A stretch of 64,000 nucleotides of DNA from Candidatus Nealsonbacteria bacterium (GTDB taxonomy: Bacteria; Patescibacteriota; Minisyncoccia; Minisyncoccales; PWPS01), in contig PWHW01000002.1 of assembly GCA_003555075.1 (NCBI GenBank), forward strand, positions 96,210 through 160,209, in the 5' to 3' direction. How positions within the stretch are numbered: position 1 is the first letter of the stretch; each line of letters opens with the position of its first letter. Positions 1 to 11,247 of this stretch are shown in pieces. The translations under genes were made by a program, and so were the position numbers. The notes under the pieces were generated by a model, which did no database searches, was not told the DNA's origin, and saw nothing but the letters and a program-made list of their open reading frames with translations.

Positions 1-1367
1 AGTCCATAATCAAAAGGGCAGAGAAGGTCAATGACAAAGGAAAGATTCGGAAGCTCAACAAGGAAGAAAAGAAAAGGATCCTTTCTCAAGTGGATGAAAT
101 GTCCGAGAAAGCAATGAGGACCATTGCTCTTGCCTATCGAGAGGTGGATGGAAAAAAAGAGAAGGTAGAAGGAGAGATGTTGGCGAACTTGATTCTTGTG
201 GGGGTGGTGGGAATGATAGATCCTCCTCGAGCGGAGGTAAGGGATGCAGTAAAAAGAGCCCATGATGCGGGGATAAGAGTGGTTATGTGTACCGGTGACC
301 ATAAAGGAACTGCTGCCGCTATTGCGAGCGAAGTAAGTATTTCAAGAGAAAATGAGAGTTATCCTGAATCTCTTGAGGAATCCGAGTTAAAAAGTATGAG
401 TGACGAAGAGTTCAAGGATGCTGTGGAGAATGTCAATGTTTTTGCCCGTCTTACTCCTCAAATGAAAAGGAAGATAGCTCGAGTCTTGCAAGAAGAGAGT
501 GGTGCTACGATAGCTATGACCGGTGACGGAGTGAACGATGCTCCTGCTGTGAAACAAGCCGATATAGGTATTTCCATGGGTATTATGGGTACTGATGTTA
601 CAAAAGAGGCGGGAGATATAGTACTTGCCGATGACAACTTTGCTTCTATTGTTAACGCCATAGAAGAAGGAAGGATCGTTTTTGAGAACACAAGAAAATC
701 AAGCTCCTCTCTTTTAAGTAGTAATTTTGCGGAAATGGGCACCCTTATAACTTTTCTTCTTATGGGCCTTCCGTTACCTCTTCTTCCCACTCAGATCCTG
801 TGGGTCAATCTTGTTACCGATGGAGTAGTAGGGGTGCCTCTTGCTCTCGAGCCCAAGCACGAGGATATATTAAAAAGACCCCCTAGAGACAAGAATGAGA
901 CCATTCTTACTTTTCAAATAGTTCCTTACTTCATTTTAATGACTGTTTTAATGGTAGGATTGACATTTTTCGTTTTTAATATGCTTTATGAACCTACTAT
1001 TCAAGAGGTTTTTGCGAATACGGGTGACATGGAAAAAGCTAAAGAGGTGGCCCTTAATACGGCCCGAACAGGAGCTTTCACGGTCATAGCTCTTACCCAA
1101 CTTTATGGTGCCATCAATTTAAGATCCATTGATAAATCCATTTTCAAAGTGGGCTTTTTTAGTAATAAGTACATGATGATCGGCCTTTTGATTGGAGTAG
1201 CTCTGCAGTTTGCGGTTATTTGGATTCCTCCGCTTCAAGAGATTTTCCATTTTGAAACTTTGCCTTTTGAGAAAGTTATCTTCGTGCTCATCATTACTTC
1301 GCTTGTATTTTGGGTAGGTGAGATATATAAGTATATTCATTACAGGGTTATAAGGAAAGAATCATAA
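1..1367 (+). CDS. Cation-transporting P-type ATPase (P2A/Ca2+-type), 5' end outside window
   Basis: DPPR, TGD, MTGDGVNDAP and LADDNFASIV motifs, QILWVNLVTDG, C-terminal TM helices. Confidence 0.93.
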   Translation, partial: SIIKRAEKVNDKGKIRKLNKEEKKRILSQVDEMSEKAMRTIALAYREVDGKKEKVEGEMLANLILVGVVGMIDPPRAEVRDAVKRAHDAGIRVVMCTGDHKGTAAAIASEVSISRENESYPESLEESELKSMSDEEFKDAVENVNVFARLTPQMKRKIARVLQEESGATIAMTGDGVNDAPAVKQADIGISMGIMGTDVTKEAGDIVLADDNFASIVNAIEEGRIVFENTRKSSSSLLSSNFAEMGTLITFLLMGLPLPLLPTQILWVNLVTDGVVGVPLALEPKHEDILKRPPRDKNETILTFQIVPYFILMTVLMVGLTFFVFNMLYEPTIQEVFANTGDMEKAKEVALNTARTGAFTVIALTQLYGAINLRSIDKSIFKVGFFSNKYMMIGLLIGVALQFAVIWIPPLQEIFHFETLPFEKVIFVLIITSLVFWVGEIYKYIHYRVIRKES

Positions 1368-1399
1368 GTTCTTTAAAAATTTAAAAGGAGGGGTTTTCA

Positions 1400-2473
1400 A
1401 TGAAAACTCTGGAAGACCTTAATTTGGAAAGGGAGAAAGTTTTGGTTAGAGTTGACTTTAACGTCAGCTTGAATGAAAAGGGTGAGATCCTGGGAGATGA
1501 AAGAATAAGAATGGTCTTGCCCACTATTGATCATTTAATGGAGAAGGGTGCCAAGATCACTCTTGTGTCGCATCTTGGAAGGCCCAAAAAGAGGGAAGGA
1601 AGATTAAGCTTGGCTCCGGTTGCAAAGAGGTTAGCGGAGATGTCGGGGTATGAAGTGGCGCTTTTTGACATTGTTTCCTCCACCAATGTGCTCTTGGGTC
1701 GTTACAACCGAAGGGGGCGTGAGAGGGGAACTCTTATTCTTCTTGAGAACCTTCGTTTTTCAGAAGGAGAAGAAAAGAATGATAGTGATTTTGTGCAAAT
1801 GCTTGCAAAATTTGGAAGGATGTTCGTGCAAGATGCATTTTCCAGTTGTCACAAAAAACATGCTTCCATCGTTGGCCTTCCGAGGATCTTGCCGTCTTGC
1901 TCCGGACTTCTTATGGAAAAGGAAGTGGAAAAACTTTCGGGAGTGATTAAAGATCCGAAAAGGCCCTTTGTGGTGATCATGGGAGGCAAGAAGGTTGATA
2001 CGAAAGCTCGTGCAATAGAGAGTCTTTTGGAAATTGCCGACGAGCTTTTGGTGGGCGAGTTGATAGGTAAAGAAATAAAGGAGAATGGGATTTTTTTGAA
2101 GCATCCCGAAAAGCTGGTTGCTCCGGTTGATAGTGTCAATGGAAGAGATTTGGGACCGCAGACCATAGAGATCTTCAAGAAAAAGATACGGTCTGCCGGT
2201 ACGGTTTTTTGGAATGGACCAGTTGGAGAATTCGAGAAAGATTCTTACTGCTTGGGGACAAAAGAGATTGCGAAAGCAGTTGCTTCTTCCGGTTATTCCG
2301 TGGCAGGCGGAGGAGAAACAATGGAGGCCATTAAGAGCCTTGGGTTATTGAATGAAATAGATCATGTTTCTACCGGGGGAGGGGCGACTCTTGAATTCTT
2401 GGGGAGGAACGGTGATCTGCCCGGCATTTGGGCGCTTCGTAATTCTCCTAGTCATAATTTTGGAATAGAATGA
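1400..2473 (+). CDS. pgk: Phosphoglycerate kinase (divergent, short)
   Basis: RVDFNV, SHLGRP, LLENLRF, WNGPVG, HVSTGGGA; AAAGGAGG SD upstream. Confidence 0.9.
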   Translation: MKTLEDLNLEREKVLVRVDFNVSLNEKGEILGDERIRMVLPTIDHLMEKGAKITLVSHLGRPKKREGRLSLAPVAKRLAEMSGYEVALFDIVSSTNVLLGRYNRRGRERGTLILLENLRFSEGEEKNDSDFVQMLAKFGRMFVQDAFSSCHKKHASIVGLPRILPSCSGLLMEKEVEKLSGVIKDPKRPFVVIMGGKKVDTKARAIESLLEIADELLVGELIGKEIKENGIFLKHPEKLVAPVDSVNGRDLGPQTIEIFKKKIRSAGTVFWNGPVGEFEKDSYCLGTKEIAKAVASSGYSVAGGGETMEAIKSLGLLNEIDHVSTGGGATLEFLGRNGDLPGIWALRNSPSHNFGIE

Positions 2474-2491
2474 AAATGTTTTCCGGAGTTA

Positions 2492-2530
2492 AGATAAACT
2501 GTGCTTTACTATATGCACAGTTTTATTTTT
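2492..2530 (+). terminator. Intrinsic terminator after pgk
   Basis: AAAACTGTGC...GCACAGTTTT stem followed by T-rich tract. Confidence 0.6.
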
Positions 2531-2537
2531 CTCACCC

Positions 2538-2571
2538 GTACCTATATTCCACAATTGTGGAATATAGGTAC
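2538..2571. repeat. 34-bp perfect palindrome upstream of uvrB
   Basis: GTACCTATATTCCACAATTGTGGAATATAGGTAC equals its own reverse complement. Confidence 0.9.
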
Positions 2572-2692
2572 AGGTTTGAGGTGTTGTCAGGGTAATGGTT
2601 ATTATTGAATTTAAGGTGATAAGTGCTATAATTACCATAGTTTAAAGAAGGAAGAGTCCCCCTAGTAAGACCACAAAGGGGGCAGTTTTGTT

Positions 2693-4666
2693 ATGAATTT
2701 TAAGTTGAAGGCGAATTTTGAGCCGGCGGGAGATCAGCCCAAGGCGATAAAAGAGTTAACAAAAAATGTTAGAGAGGGTCTTGATAAGCAGACCCTTCTT
2801 GGGGTTACAGGGTCTGGAAAGACCTATACCATAGCAAAGGTTATTGAGGAGACGCAAAAACCTGCTTTGGTGATAAGTCACAACAAGACCCTTACCGCTC
2901 AATTGTGCAACGAATTCAGACACTTTTTTCCGAATAATTCCGTGCACTATTTTGTCTCTTATTATGACTATTATCAGCCGGAAGCTTACATAAAACAAAC
3001 AGATACTTATATAAGAAAAGAAGCTCTTATCAATGAAGAGATAGATAAGCTTCGTCATGCTGCGACAACAGCTCTTCTAACAAGAAACGATGTGATCATT
3101 GTAGCCTCTGTGTCATGTATATATGACCTGGGGCTTCCTTCTGTTTATGAAAAGAATATTTTTAGAATCAAAAAAGGGGAAGAAAGGACGAGAAGAGAGA
3201 TTATCGAATCTTTGGTAAAAATGCATCTTACCAGAACTCCTTCTGTACTTGAAAGGGGGAGGTTCCGTGTTCAAGGCGACGTATTGCAAATAGCACCGGT
3301 GAATGAGGATATCATTTATCGCGTAGAGCTTTCAGGAGATAGAATTGAGAAGATTTTCGCAATGGATCCCGTAGAGGGTTTTATTCCCGGAGTAACTCCG
3401 GAAACTGAAGAGATCGTGCTTTCCCCCGTAAGACATTTTCTTTCCGAGGAAAGAGGAACGGAGGAGGCTATAAAAAAAATAGAAGAAGAGCTGAAAGAAC
3501 GAATTGCTTACTTTGAAAAGAGAGATATGCCTCTGGAGGCTGAAAGAATAGAGCAGATAACAAGAAATGATATAGCCAGACTAAGGGAGATGGGATATTG
3601 TCATGGAATAGAGAATTATTCTCGCCATCTTTCGGGAAGAGGGGCGGGAGAGTCACCTTCCTCTCTTCTTGATTATTTCAGAGAAGATTTTTTAACGGTA
3701 ATAGACGAATCGCACATTACCATTCCGCAGATCGGGGCTATGTATTACGGTAACAAATCCAGAAAGGAAGCGCTTATCAAGCATGGTTTTCGCCTTCCTT
3801 CGGCAATTGACAACAGGCCTCTTACTTTTCAAGAGTTTGAGGAGAGGGTAAAGCAGGCGATATATGTTTCTGCTACTCCTGCAGAATACGAGAGAGTAAA
3901 TAGCAAGAAGGTTGTAGAGCAGATCATAAGACCTACCGGACTTGTGGATCCCAAGGTTACAATCGCTCCCTGCGAAGGACAGATAAAGGATCTCTTGAGG
4001 AGAATAGATGAAAGGATAGGAAAGAATCAAAGAATACTTGTCACCACTTTAACAAAGAAAATGGCGGAAGATCTAACAGAGTATTTAAAAGAAAGAGATG
4101 TAAAGGTATCTTATATTCATAGTGATATCAAATCTCTTGAAAGAATAAAGATCCTTACTTCTCTAAGAAGAGGAGAGATAGATGTGGTAGTGGGGGTAAA
4201 CCTTTTAAGGGAAGGATTGGATCTTCCGGAGGTTTCTTTGGTAGCTATTTTGGATGCCGACAAAGAAGGTTTTTTGCGCAGCGAGACAGCTTTAATTCAA
4301 ACCATCGGAAGAGCTGCCCGAAACATAGAAGGGGAGGTCTTGGTCTATGCGGATGAGATCACGGGCTCCATAAAGCGTGCGCTGGAAGAAACAGAAAGAA
4401 GGAGAAAGTTACAGATAGATCATAACAAGAAGCACAATATTACTCCTCGGACAATAGAGAAAGAAATAGATGATATTGTTCCCACCAAGGAGGTGCTTGA
4501 GATAGAAACCAAGCCTCTTCCCGAGACCAAGGATGCCATGAAGAAGTTCATCAAAGAAAAGGAGGCGGAGATGAAGAAAGCGGCGAAGGATCTCAATTTT
4601 GAACTTGCAGCTATTTTACGGGATGAAGTAAAAGAATTAAAAAAGGAAATGGATAAGAAAAAATAA
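2693..4666 (+). CDS. uvrB: Excinuclease ABC subunit B
   Basis: [36 protein letters not shown]-terminal UVR coiled coil. Confidence 0.98.
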   Translation: MNFKLKANFEPAGDQPKAIKELTKNVREGLDKQTLLGVTGSGKTYTIAKVIEETQKPALVISHNKTLTAQLCNEFRHFFPNNSVHYFVSYYDYYQPEAYIKQTDTYIRKEALINEEIDKLRHAATTALLTRNDVIIVASVSCIYDLGLPSVYEKNIFRIKKGEERTRREIIESLVKMHLTRTPSVLERGRFRVQGDVLQIAPVNEDIIYRVELSGDRIEKIFAMDPVEGFIPGVTPETEEIVLSPVRHFLSEERGTEEAIKKIEEELKERIAYFEKRDMPLEAERIEQITRNDIARLREMGYCHGIENYSRHLSGRGAGESPSSLLDYFREDFLTVIDESHITIPQIGAMYYGNKSRKEALIKHGFRLPSAIDNRPLTFQEFEERVKQAIYVSATPAEYERVNSKKVVEQIIRPTGLVDPKVTIAPCEGQIKDLLRRIDERIGKNQRILVTTLTKKMAEDLTEYLKERDVKVSYIHSDIKSLERIKILTSLRRGEIDVVVGVNLLREGLDLPEVSLVAILDADKEGFLRSETALIQTIGRAARNIEGEVLVYADEITGSIKRALEETERRRKLQIDHNKKHNITPRTIEKEIDDIVPTKEVLEIETKPLPETKDAMKKFIKEKEAEMKKAAKDLNFELAAILRDEVKELKKEMDKKK

Positions 4667-4670
4667 ACGT

Positions 4671-7169
4671 ATGAAGGAAAAAATCTCCATAAAAGGGGCC
4701 AGAGAGCACAACCTAAAAGGGGTGAATGTGGATATACCTCGCAACAAGATGACCGTGTTCACAGGTATTTCCGGTTCGGGAAAGTCATCTCTTGCATTCG
4801 ATACCATATTTTCCGAAGGGCAGAGAAGATACGTGGAGTCATTATCATCTTATGCCAGGCAATTTCTAAGCAAGACAGACAAGCCCGATGTAGACGAGAT
4901 AGAAGGACTTTCTCCTGCTATTTCCATAGATCAAAAGGCCAAATCACACAATCCTCGTTCCACGGTAGCTACCGTAACGGAGGTTTATGATTTCTTGAGA
5001 GTTCTCTTTGCAAGAGTAGGCAAGTCTCATTGCCCAAAGTGCGGAGAAGAGATAAGTTCTCTTGGCGTGGATCAAATAGTAGATCTTATTTTTGACCTCA
5101 AAGAGAAGGAATGTGTGACTGTTCTTTCACCCGTAGTCAGGGGTAGAAAAGGGGAATATTATCAGCTTTTGTATGATCTTTTGAATGACGGATTCAGAAA
5201 AGTACGTATAGATGGAAACTTTTATTCATTAAGAGAAAGAATAGTTATGCCCCGGTACGAAAGACATGATATTTCAGTGGTGGTTGATGAGGTTCCAATG
5301 AATACTTCGGAAAAAGAAGTGAGAATGAGGCTTACTGAAGCAGTGGAGACTGCACTGAACAAGGGTAACGGATTCTTGGAAGTGATCTATGGACAAGGGG
5401 AAAAGCAGTTCTCGGAAAAACTTTCTTGTCCAAAGGATAACTTTTCCTACCCGGAGATAGAACCTCGAATTTTTTCTTTTAATAGTCCTTATGGAGCTTG
5501 CCCCGATTGTAATGGACTTGGAAAAGAAGAGATGTTCTCTGAAAAGCCATGTAATACTTGTAAAGGAAAAAGGCTTCGTGAAGAAGCTTTGCACGTCTTG
5601 ATCGATGGAAAAAGCATAAATGACGTAGTAGAAATGTCCGTCCTGGAAAGTTCCAAGTTCTTTAATGACCTTCAAGGAAAGCTCGATGAGTACGAATCGG
5701 AAGTAGCCGAAGCTCCCTTGAGAGAGATAAGGGATAGAGTGGGTTTTTTGGTAGACATAGGTCTTGACTATCTTACTCTGGGAAGAGCCTCTCACACTCT
5801 TTCCGGAGGAGAAGCTCAGAGAATAAAATTGGCCTCTCAGGTGGGACTTAGGCTTGTAGGAACTCTTTATATTCTTGATGAACCGACGATAGGACTTCAC
5901 CAGGAAGATAACGAACGTCTTGTGAATACTCTCCAGAACCTTCGTGATCTTGGGAATACAATAATTGTGGTAGAGCATGATGAAAAGACCATTTTTTCTT
6001 CGGATTTTTTGGTTGATTTTGGCCCGGGAGCGGGAGTGAACGGAGGCAATATAGTGGCTTCCGGAGAAGTTCCTGATATCATGGAGGATAAATCCCAGAA
6101 CTCGCTCACTCTCCAATATTTACGAGGAGAAAAAGAGATTCCTCTCCCTGATAAGTGGAGGAAAATAAAACCCTCTACTCCTTTTTTAAAGATCAGAGGG
6201 GCCAAGGAAAACAATTTAAAAAATATCAACGTGGATATTCCTTTATCCCGGTTTGTTACGATCACGGGTGTTTCCGGGTCTGGTAAGAGCACTTTGGTGC
6301 ATGATGTTCTCTATAAACACTTGGCTAAAAAAATGAATAGATCAAAATTGGAAGCAGGGGAGTGTAATGCGATCATGGGAACCGAATATGTTGATAAGGT
6401 AATAAACATAAATCAATCTCCCATAGGAAAGACTCCTCGCTCCACCCCGGTTACTTATGTCGGCGCTTTTACAGACATTAGAGAGCTTTTTTCTTACAAT
6501 GAAGAAGCTAAAGTTCGAGGATGGAAGCCCGGAAGATTCAGTTTCAACGTGCCGGGGGGACGTTGCGAGAATTGTAACGGATATGGGTATATTCCCGTGG
6601 AAATGCATTTTCTTCCCACTATTTTTATTACTTGCCAGGTGTGCAAAGGAAAAAGATTTAACAGAGAAACTTTGGAAATAAAGTATCGAGGAAAAAGTAT
6701 ATTCGATGTTCTGAAAATGACGGTGGATGAAGCTCTGGAATTCTTTGAGGATACTCCCTGGATAGAGAAAAAGCTACGTATATTACAGGAGGTGGGGCTT
6801 GGTTATCTTTCATTGGGACAGTCTGCCACCACTCTTTCGGGAGGTGAGGCTCAAAGAGTAAAACTTTCCGCGGAGCTTGCTAAACCCGATACTCGCAATA
6901 CGGTATATATTTTGGACGAACCAACGGTCGGACTTCATTACGAGGATGTGAGAAAACTTATTGATGTACTACAGTTTCTTGTAAATAGGGGGAATACGAT
7001 CATTGTAATTGAGCATCATCTGGATGTAATAAAAAGCTCCGATTATGTCATAGATCTTGGTCCGAAAGGAGGGGAGCAAGGGGGGGAGGTAGTGACCTGC
7101 GGAGATCCTAAAAAAATATCGCGAAAAGCAAGTAGTTTTACGGGAAAACATCTTCGCAAGATTTTGTAG
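4671..7169 (+). CDS. uvrA: Excinuclease ABC subunit A
   Basis: Two ABC domains ([26 protein letters not shown] x2) and zinc fingers. Confidence 0.98.
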   Translation: MKEKISIKGAREHNLKGVNVDIPRNKMTVFTGISGSGKSSLAFDTIFSEGQRRYVESLSSYARQFLSKTDKPDVDEIEGLSPAISIDQKAKSHNPRSTVATVTEVYDFLRVLFARVGKSHCPKCGEEISSLGVDQIVDLIFDLKEKECVTVLSPVVRGRKGEYYQLLYDLLNDGFRKVRIDGNFYSLRERIVMPRYERHDISVVVDEVPMNTSEKEVRMRLTEAVETALNKGNGFLEVIYGQGEKQFSEKLSCPKDNFSYPEIEPRIFSFNSPYGACPDCNGLGKEEMFSEKPCNTCKGKRLREEALHVLIDGKSINDVVEMSVLESSKFFNDLQGKLDEYESEVAEAPLREIRDRVGFLVDIGLDYLTLGRASHTLSGGEAQRIKLASQVGLRLVGTLYILDEPTIGLHQEDNERLVNTLQNLRDLGNTIIVVEHDEKTIFSSDFLVDFGPGAGVNGGNIVASGEVPDIMEDKSQNSLTLQYLRGEKEIPLPDKWRKIKPSTPFLKIRGAKENNLKNINVDIPLSRFVTITGVSGSGKSTLVHDVLYKHLAKKMNRSKLEAGECNAIMGTEYVDKVININQSPIGKTPRSTPVTYVGAFTDIRELFSYNEEAKVRGWKPGRFSFNVPGGRCENCNGYGYIPVEMHFLPTIFITCQVCKGKRFNRETLEIKYRGKSIFDVLKMTVDEALEFFEDTPWIEKKLRILQEVGLGYLSLGQSATTLSGGEAQRVKLSAELAKPDTRNTVYILDEPTVGLHYEDVRKLIDVLQFLVNRGNTIIVIEHHLDVIKSSDYVIDLGPKGGEQGGEVVTCGDPKKISRKASSFTGKHLRKIL

Positions 7170-7227
7170 TTTTTGCACAGTTTTTGTTATACTTCCATTA
7201 GCTAACATCAAAAGGAGGGCGAGTGGC

Positions 7228-7410
7228 TTGGCTTATATTGTTGAACGTTTACAGGGAGTAAATACTATAAGAATGAATGGAAGACAGGTTTTGGTAGCGG
7301 AGGTAAGGATAACCTATTATAATGTTGTTGACTGTGATTGTATTTGTGAACCTTATAAAGAATGTGAGCGTTGCAAGAGTGTCGTCACTCAAGTTAAAAA
7401 AGAAAGTTAG
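7228..7410 (+). CDS. Small Cys-rich hypothetical protein (possible zinc finger)
   Basis: AAAAGGAGG SD 9 nt before TTG; CDCICEPYKECERC motif. Confidence 0.6.
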   Translation: MAYIVERLQGVNTIRMNGRQVLVAEVRITYYNVVDCDCICEPYKECERCKSVVTQVKKES

Positions 7411-7464
7411 TGATCTTGTGATCCATCTTAAGAGAGGAAGGTGAACCCTTCTTCTTCTTTTTCC

Positions 7465-8640
7465 ATGAAGAAAGAAGAGATAAAAAATATTCCGGAAAAT
7501 CCCGGGGTCTATATTTTCAAAAATGTAAAAGGAGAAGTGATCTATGTGGGAAAAGCGGCCAATTTGAGGCGACGCGCTAGCAGTTATTTTTCAGGAAGAA
7601 ATATAAAAGACAGCAGGATAGCGGAGGAGGCGCGAGATATTGAGTACGAGGAGACAGAAACAGTGATAGAAGCTCTTATAAGGGAAGCTGAGCTTATAAA
7701 GAAATACAGACCCTCTTATAATATAAAAGAAAACGATGACAGGAGCTTCCTTCATGTGGTGATAACCGATGAAAATTATCCGAGGGTTTTGCTCACAAGA
7801 GGTAAGGATCTTGAAAATTACAAGAAAAGAAGTGTTTTTGGGCCTTTTGTGTATTCTTCTGAAATAAGAAATGCTTTAAAGATAATAAGAAGAATATTTC
7901 CTTATTCTACTCATACCGAGAAAGAAATAGGGAAAGGAAGGGGTTGCTTCTATCATCAAATAAATCTTTGTCCGGGAGTATGTGCGGGAAAGATGAGTAG
8001 AAGCGAATATCTCAAGAATATTAGGAATATAGAACTTTTTTTGAAGGGAAAAAGGAAGGAAATAATATCAAGACTTACAAAGAGAATGAAAGAAGCGAGT
8101 AAAAAAATGGAATATGAAAAAGCAGAGGAATTCAAAAGAAAGATCGATGCCCTCTCTTACATACAAGAAACCGCTCTTTTGAGTAAAAAGGAAAAAGGCG
8201 ATGGTGTTCTTAGGATAGAGGGTTATGATGTGTCAAATATATCGGGAGATCTTTCCGTGGGATCCATGGTGGTATTCAAAGGAGGAGAACCTTCAAAAAG
8301 TGATTACAGGTTGTTCAATATAAGAAGTGTACGAGGACCGAATGATATCGATATGATAAAAGAAATTCTAAGAAGAAGAGTTGAGAATAATTGGCCGCTT
8401 CCTTCTGTTATTGTTGTTGATGGAGGGGAAGGTCAGGTGAATGGAACCAAAGAGGTTCTCGGGGAAAAGGGGCTCGATATTCCGGTGGTAGGCATCGCAA
8501 AGGGTGTAGATAGGAAAGGGGAGCGAATGGTCGGGGATAGTGTGAAGGTGGAAAAGGACATTTTAATAAAAGTTCAAAGAGAAGCTCATCGGTTTGCCTT
8601 AAGTCATCATAGGAGAACCAGGAAAAAGAACTTCCTATAA
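7465..8640 (+). CDS. uvrC: Excinuclease ABC subunit C (short, no C-terminal HhH)
   Basis: N-terminal GIY-YIG (PGVYIF..IYVGKA), UVR domain, RIEGYDVSN, VDGGEGQ. Confidence 0.92.
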   Translation: MKKEEIKNIPENPGVYIFKNVKGEVIYVGKAANLRRRASSYFSGRNIKDSRIAEEARDIEYEETETVIEALIREAELIKKYRPSYNIKENDDRSFLHVVITDENYPRVLLTRGKDLENYKKRSVFGPFVYSSEIRNALKIIRRIFPYSTHTEKEIGKGRGCFYHQINLCPGVCAGKMSRSEYLKNIRNIELFLKGKRKEIISRLTKRMKEASKKMEYEKAEEFKRKIDALSYIQETALLSKKEKGDGVLRIEGYDVSNISGDLSVGSMVVFKGGEPSKSDYRLFNIRSVRGPNDIDMIKEILRRRVENNWPLPSVIVVDGGEGQVNGTKEVLGEKGLDIPVVGIAKGVDRKGERMVGDSVKVEKDILIKVQREAHRFALSHHRRTRKKNFL

Positions 8641-8703
8641 AGAGACATTTGTTATAATATATCTATGGCAGCTTGGTAAAAATTAATTATTACTTTATTT
8701 ACT

Positions 8704-9249
8704 ATGAAGGAAGAAAAGTTCAATGGAATAACCGTGAAACGTATTGTAGTGGGATCCTTGGAAACCAACTGTTATCTTGTATTTTCTGACGATGAAATGG
8801 TGGTGGTGGATCCGGGAGGAGATTCCAAGAAAATAATCGATGAAATAAAGAATTCCAAGATCGTTCCCAATATTATTATCAATACCCACCATCATCCTGA
8901 TCATGTTTCTGCAAATGAAAAAGTAAAGGATGCTACAGGTGCGGAAATATTTGAAGGATTGAGAGAGGGTTATGAGATAAATTTGGGAAATAACAAACTG
9001 AAAGTTATGGAAACTCCCGGTCACACAAAGGACAGTATTTCTTTGCTTGGCGAAGGTTTCCTTATAAGCGGCGATGTTCTTTTTTCGGAAGGGCATGGAA
9101 GAACGGATCTTCCCGGGGGATCGGGAGAGGAGATGACCAAGACACTGAATAGATTAAGAAGGGAGATACCGGATGAAGTAACGATCTATCCCGGGCACGG
9201 AGAACCCTTTAAAATGAAGGAAGGAAAGAAGGTTTGTTTCTTGATGTAA
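8704..9249 (+). CDS. MBL-fold metallo-hydrolase (glyoxalase II-like)
   Basis: THHHPDH, TPGHT, SGDVLF, YPGHG. Confidence 0.9.
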   Translation: MKEEKFNGITVKRIVVGSLETNCYLVFSDDEMVVVDPGGDSKKIIDEIKNSKIVPNIIINTHHHPDHVSANEKVKDATGAEIFEGLREGYEINLGNNKLKVMETPGHTKDSISLLGEGFLISGDVLFSEGHGRTDLPGGSGEEMTKTLNRLRREIPDEVTIYPGHGEPFKMKEGKKVCFLM

Positions 9250-9307
9250 TTATATTGAAAACTTGCTGTTGTTGTGCTAAAATAGCTTGCAGTCCTTTTG
9301 GAGGATT

Positions 9308-9390
9308 GGGTCGGTACCAAAGCGGCCAAATGGGGCAGACTGTAAATCTGCTGGCGTTAGCCTTCGGGGGTTCGAATCCCTCCCGGCCCA
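9308..9390 (+). tRNA. tRNA-Tyr(GTA)
   Basis: Cloverleaf GGGTCGG/CCGGCCC, anticodon arm GCAGA-CTGTAAA-TCTGC, long variable arm. Confidence 0.95.
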
Positions 9391-9444
9391 CAGCCATAGT
9401 AATGAAACAGAAATAATACGGGACAAATTCAAGATAAAAAAGAG

Positions 9445-9516
9445 GCCGAGATAGCTCAGTGGCAGAGCACTTCCATGGTAAGGAAGGGGTCCCGGGTTCA
9501 AATCCCGGTCTCGGCT
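9445..9516 (+). tRNA. tRNA-Thr(GGT)
   Basis: GCCGAGA/TCTCGGC acceptor stem, CTTCC-ATGGTAA-GGAAG anticodon arm. Confidence 0.95.
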
Positions 9517-9539
9517 CAGCTAAATTAAAGTTCAAGATC

Positions 9540-9713
9540 ATGTCAACTAAAACAAAAAGACCATTTCTGAAACTGGAATGCAAAACCTGCAAGAAGGCCA
9601 ATTACCACATTCCAGTCACGAAAGGCAAAACAATAGAGAACGATAAAATGGAGGTAAAAAAGCATTGCAGGTGGTGCAAGAAACATACGGTTCATAAAAT
9701 GAAGCTCAAATAG
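9540..9713 (+). CDS. rpmG: 50S ribosomal protein L33 (Zn-binding type)
   Basis: LECKTC...KKHCRWCKKHTVH; sits between tRNA-Thr and tRNA-Trp. Confidence 0.92.
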   Translation: MSTKTKRPFLKLECKTCKKANYHIPVTKGKTIENDKMEVKKHCRWCKKHTVHKMKLK

Positions 9714-9765
9714 TTTTTTGCTTCAGAGAACTTTGCTTTTATTTGGAACCTTTATTTGATGAACT

Positions 9766-9840
9766 GGGGGCGTAGCTCTAATTGGCCAGAGCGAGGGTCT
9801 CCAAAACCCTAGGTTGCAGGTTCGAATCCTGCCGCCCCTG
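9766..9840 (+). tRNA. tRNA-Trp(CCA)
   Basis: AGGGT-CTCCAAA-ACCCT anticodon arm, GGTTCGAATCC T-loop. Confidence 0.95.
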
Positions 9841-9930
9841 CATATTTGCCCGAGATTTTTTCTCGGGTTTTTGTTTTGTGATATCATAAAGAAAAGTTGG
9901 CTTAGATTTATAATCCTAGTATTTACAAGA

Positions 9931-11154
9931 ATGAAAAGTATGAAAAGAAAAAGCATTATTATTTTAATTATTTTTCTTTTTGTAGCTTTGGTGGGACTTA
10001 TAGGTTTCAAAGGAACAATGGAAGAAATGAGCAAGGAAAGAGAGGAAATTACGAGGAATTATCTTGAAAAAGAGGTGGCTGATACGACATACGGAGGAGA
10101 AGTTTTTGCTGAGTTTCACACGTTTATGGTTAAAAGCAATAGAGCTTATATCTGGTCTTATACTTCCGAATACTACGAGGATGATGGGAGTGTATATCAG
10201 GGGCGTGCTAGTTCCGGACCGAGAATTATCTATTTTTCAAACGAGAAAGAACCGGTAGATCACTTTCGTCCGGGGCATGGATCTTATTACTCAGAGTCGA
10301 TAAAAGAGAAGTTTCCTTTCTACCTTCATAATAAGGTTTTAAGTTTTCCGTCCGAATCGGGAGAAGTCATTCAAAATTTAAAAGAAAAGATTGAATACAG
10401 GGCGGAGAAGTATTTTGATAAAAAAATTAGAGATCGGGAGGAAGTAGCATCAAAGAAACAGATACAAAAAGTTTACGAAGAAAAAGATCCCGAATATTGG
10501 GGGGAGATGGTTCCGGGAGTAATAAAAAGAATTGATACCGAAGAAAAAGTGGTCGCGCTTACCCTAGATGCTTGTGATGGCGATTATGATAGAGAGCTTA
10601 TAGCTCATTTAAGGAAAGAAGATATTCCCGCTACTTTGTTCATTGCATCTCCTTGGATTGAGAATAATGAAAAAGAACTTGAAGCTTTAGCCGATGACCC
10701 ACTTTTTTATATAGCGGGACACGGAAAGGATCATCTACCTCTTTCCGTGGAAGGAAAAGAAGCTTATGGAGAAAAAGGAACAGGAGGCGTAAAAGAAGTA
10801 ATGGAGGAAATTGTTTATAATAGCCGGGATATTGAGGAAGTAACAGGAAAGGAACCTTCCTACTTTCGATCGGGAACTGCTCATTATGACGAGGTTGCGG
10901 TAAGCATTGCAAATTCGTTAAATAAAAAGGTTATAGGTTTTACAGTTGCAGCAGATGGAGGAACGACATTCAGTAAAGAAGAGATAAAGGAAGCAGTTCT
11001 TGGAACAGGTCCGGGAGGAATAATTTTGGCGCATATGAACCACCCGAACTCGGAAATTGCAAAAGGATTGATAGAAGGAATAATTTCGCTCAGAGAAGAG
11101 GGTTATCGTTTTATCCATCTCAAAGAGTATGAAGATAAATTTTATGAGCTTTAG
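9931..11154 (+). CDS. Membrane-anchored polysaccharide deacetylase family protein with extra N-terminal domain
   Basis: N-terminal TM; VALTLDAC, GHGKDH, YFRSGT, IILAHMNHP NodB-like motifs. Confidence 0.8.
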   Translation: MKSMKRKSIIILIIFLFVALVGLIGFKGTMEEMSKEREEITRNYLEKEVADTTYGGEVFAEFHTFMVKSNRAYIWSYTSEYYEDDGSVYQGRASSGPRIIYFSNEKEPVDHFRPGHGSYYSESIKEKFPFYLHNKVLSFPSESGEVIQNLKEKIEYRAEKYFDKKIRDREEVASKKQIQKVYEEKDPEYWGEMVPGVIKRIDTEEKVVALTLDACDGDYDRELIAHLRKEDIPATLFIASPWIENNEKELEALADDPLFYIAGHGKDHLPLSVEGKEAYGEKGTGGVKEVMEEIVYNSRDIEEVTGKEPSYFRSGTAHYDEVAVSIANSLNKKVIGFTVAADGGTTFSKEEIKEAVLGTGPGGIILAHMNHPNSEIAKGLIEGIISLREEGYRFIHLKEYEDKFYEL

Positions 11155-11247
11155 CGATCAGACTAACAAAGAGGCGATTTCATGCTATACATGATCCACA
11201 AATTTTTATGATAAAATAATTTAAGATTATTCTTAAGAAGAAATAAA

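Noticed and set aside
9445-9516. A at position 32 of tRNA-Thr(GGT)
   Set aside because: Known feature of this isoacceptor in other bacteria
9459-9539. ORF-track N-terminal extension of rpmG and ORFs over tRNA genes (9209-9601, 9814-9930, 20611-20700)
   Set aside because: They overlap clear tRNA genes; real starts are downstream
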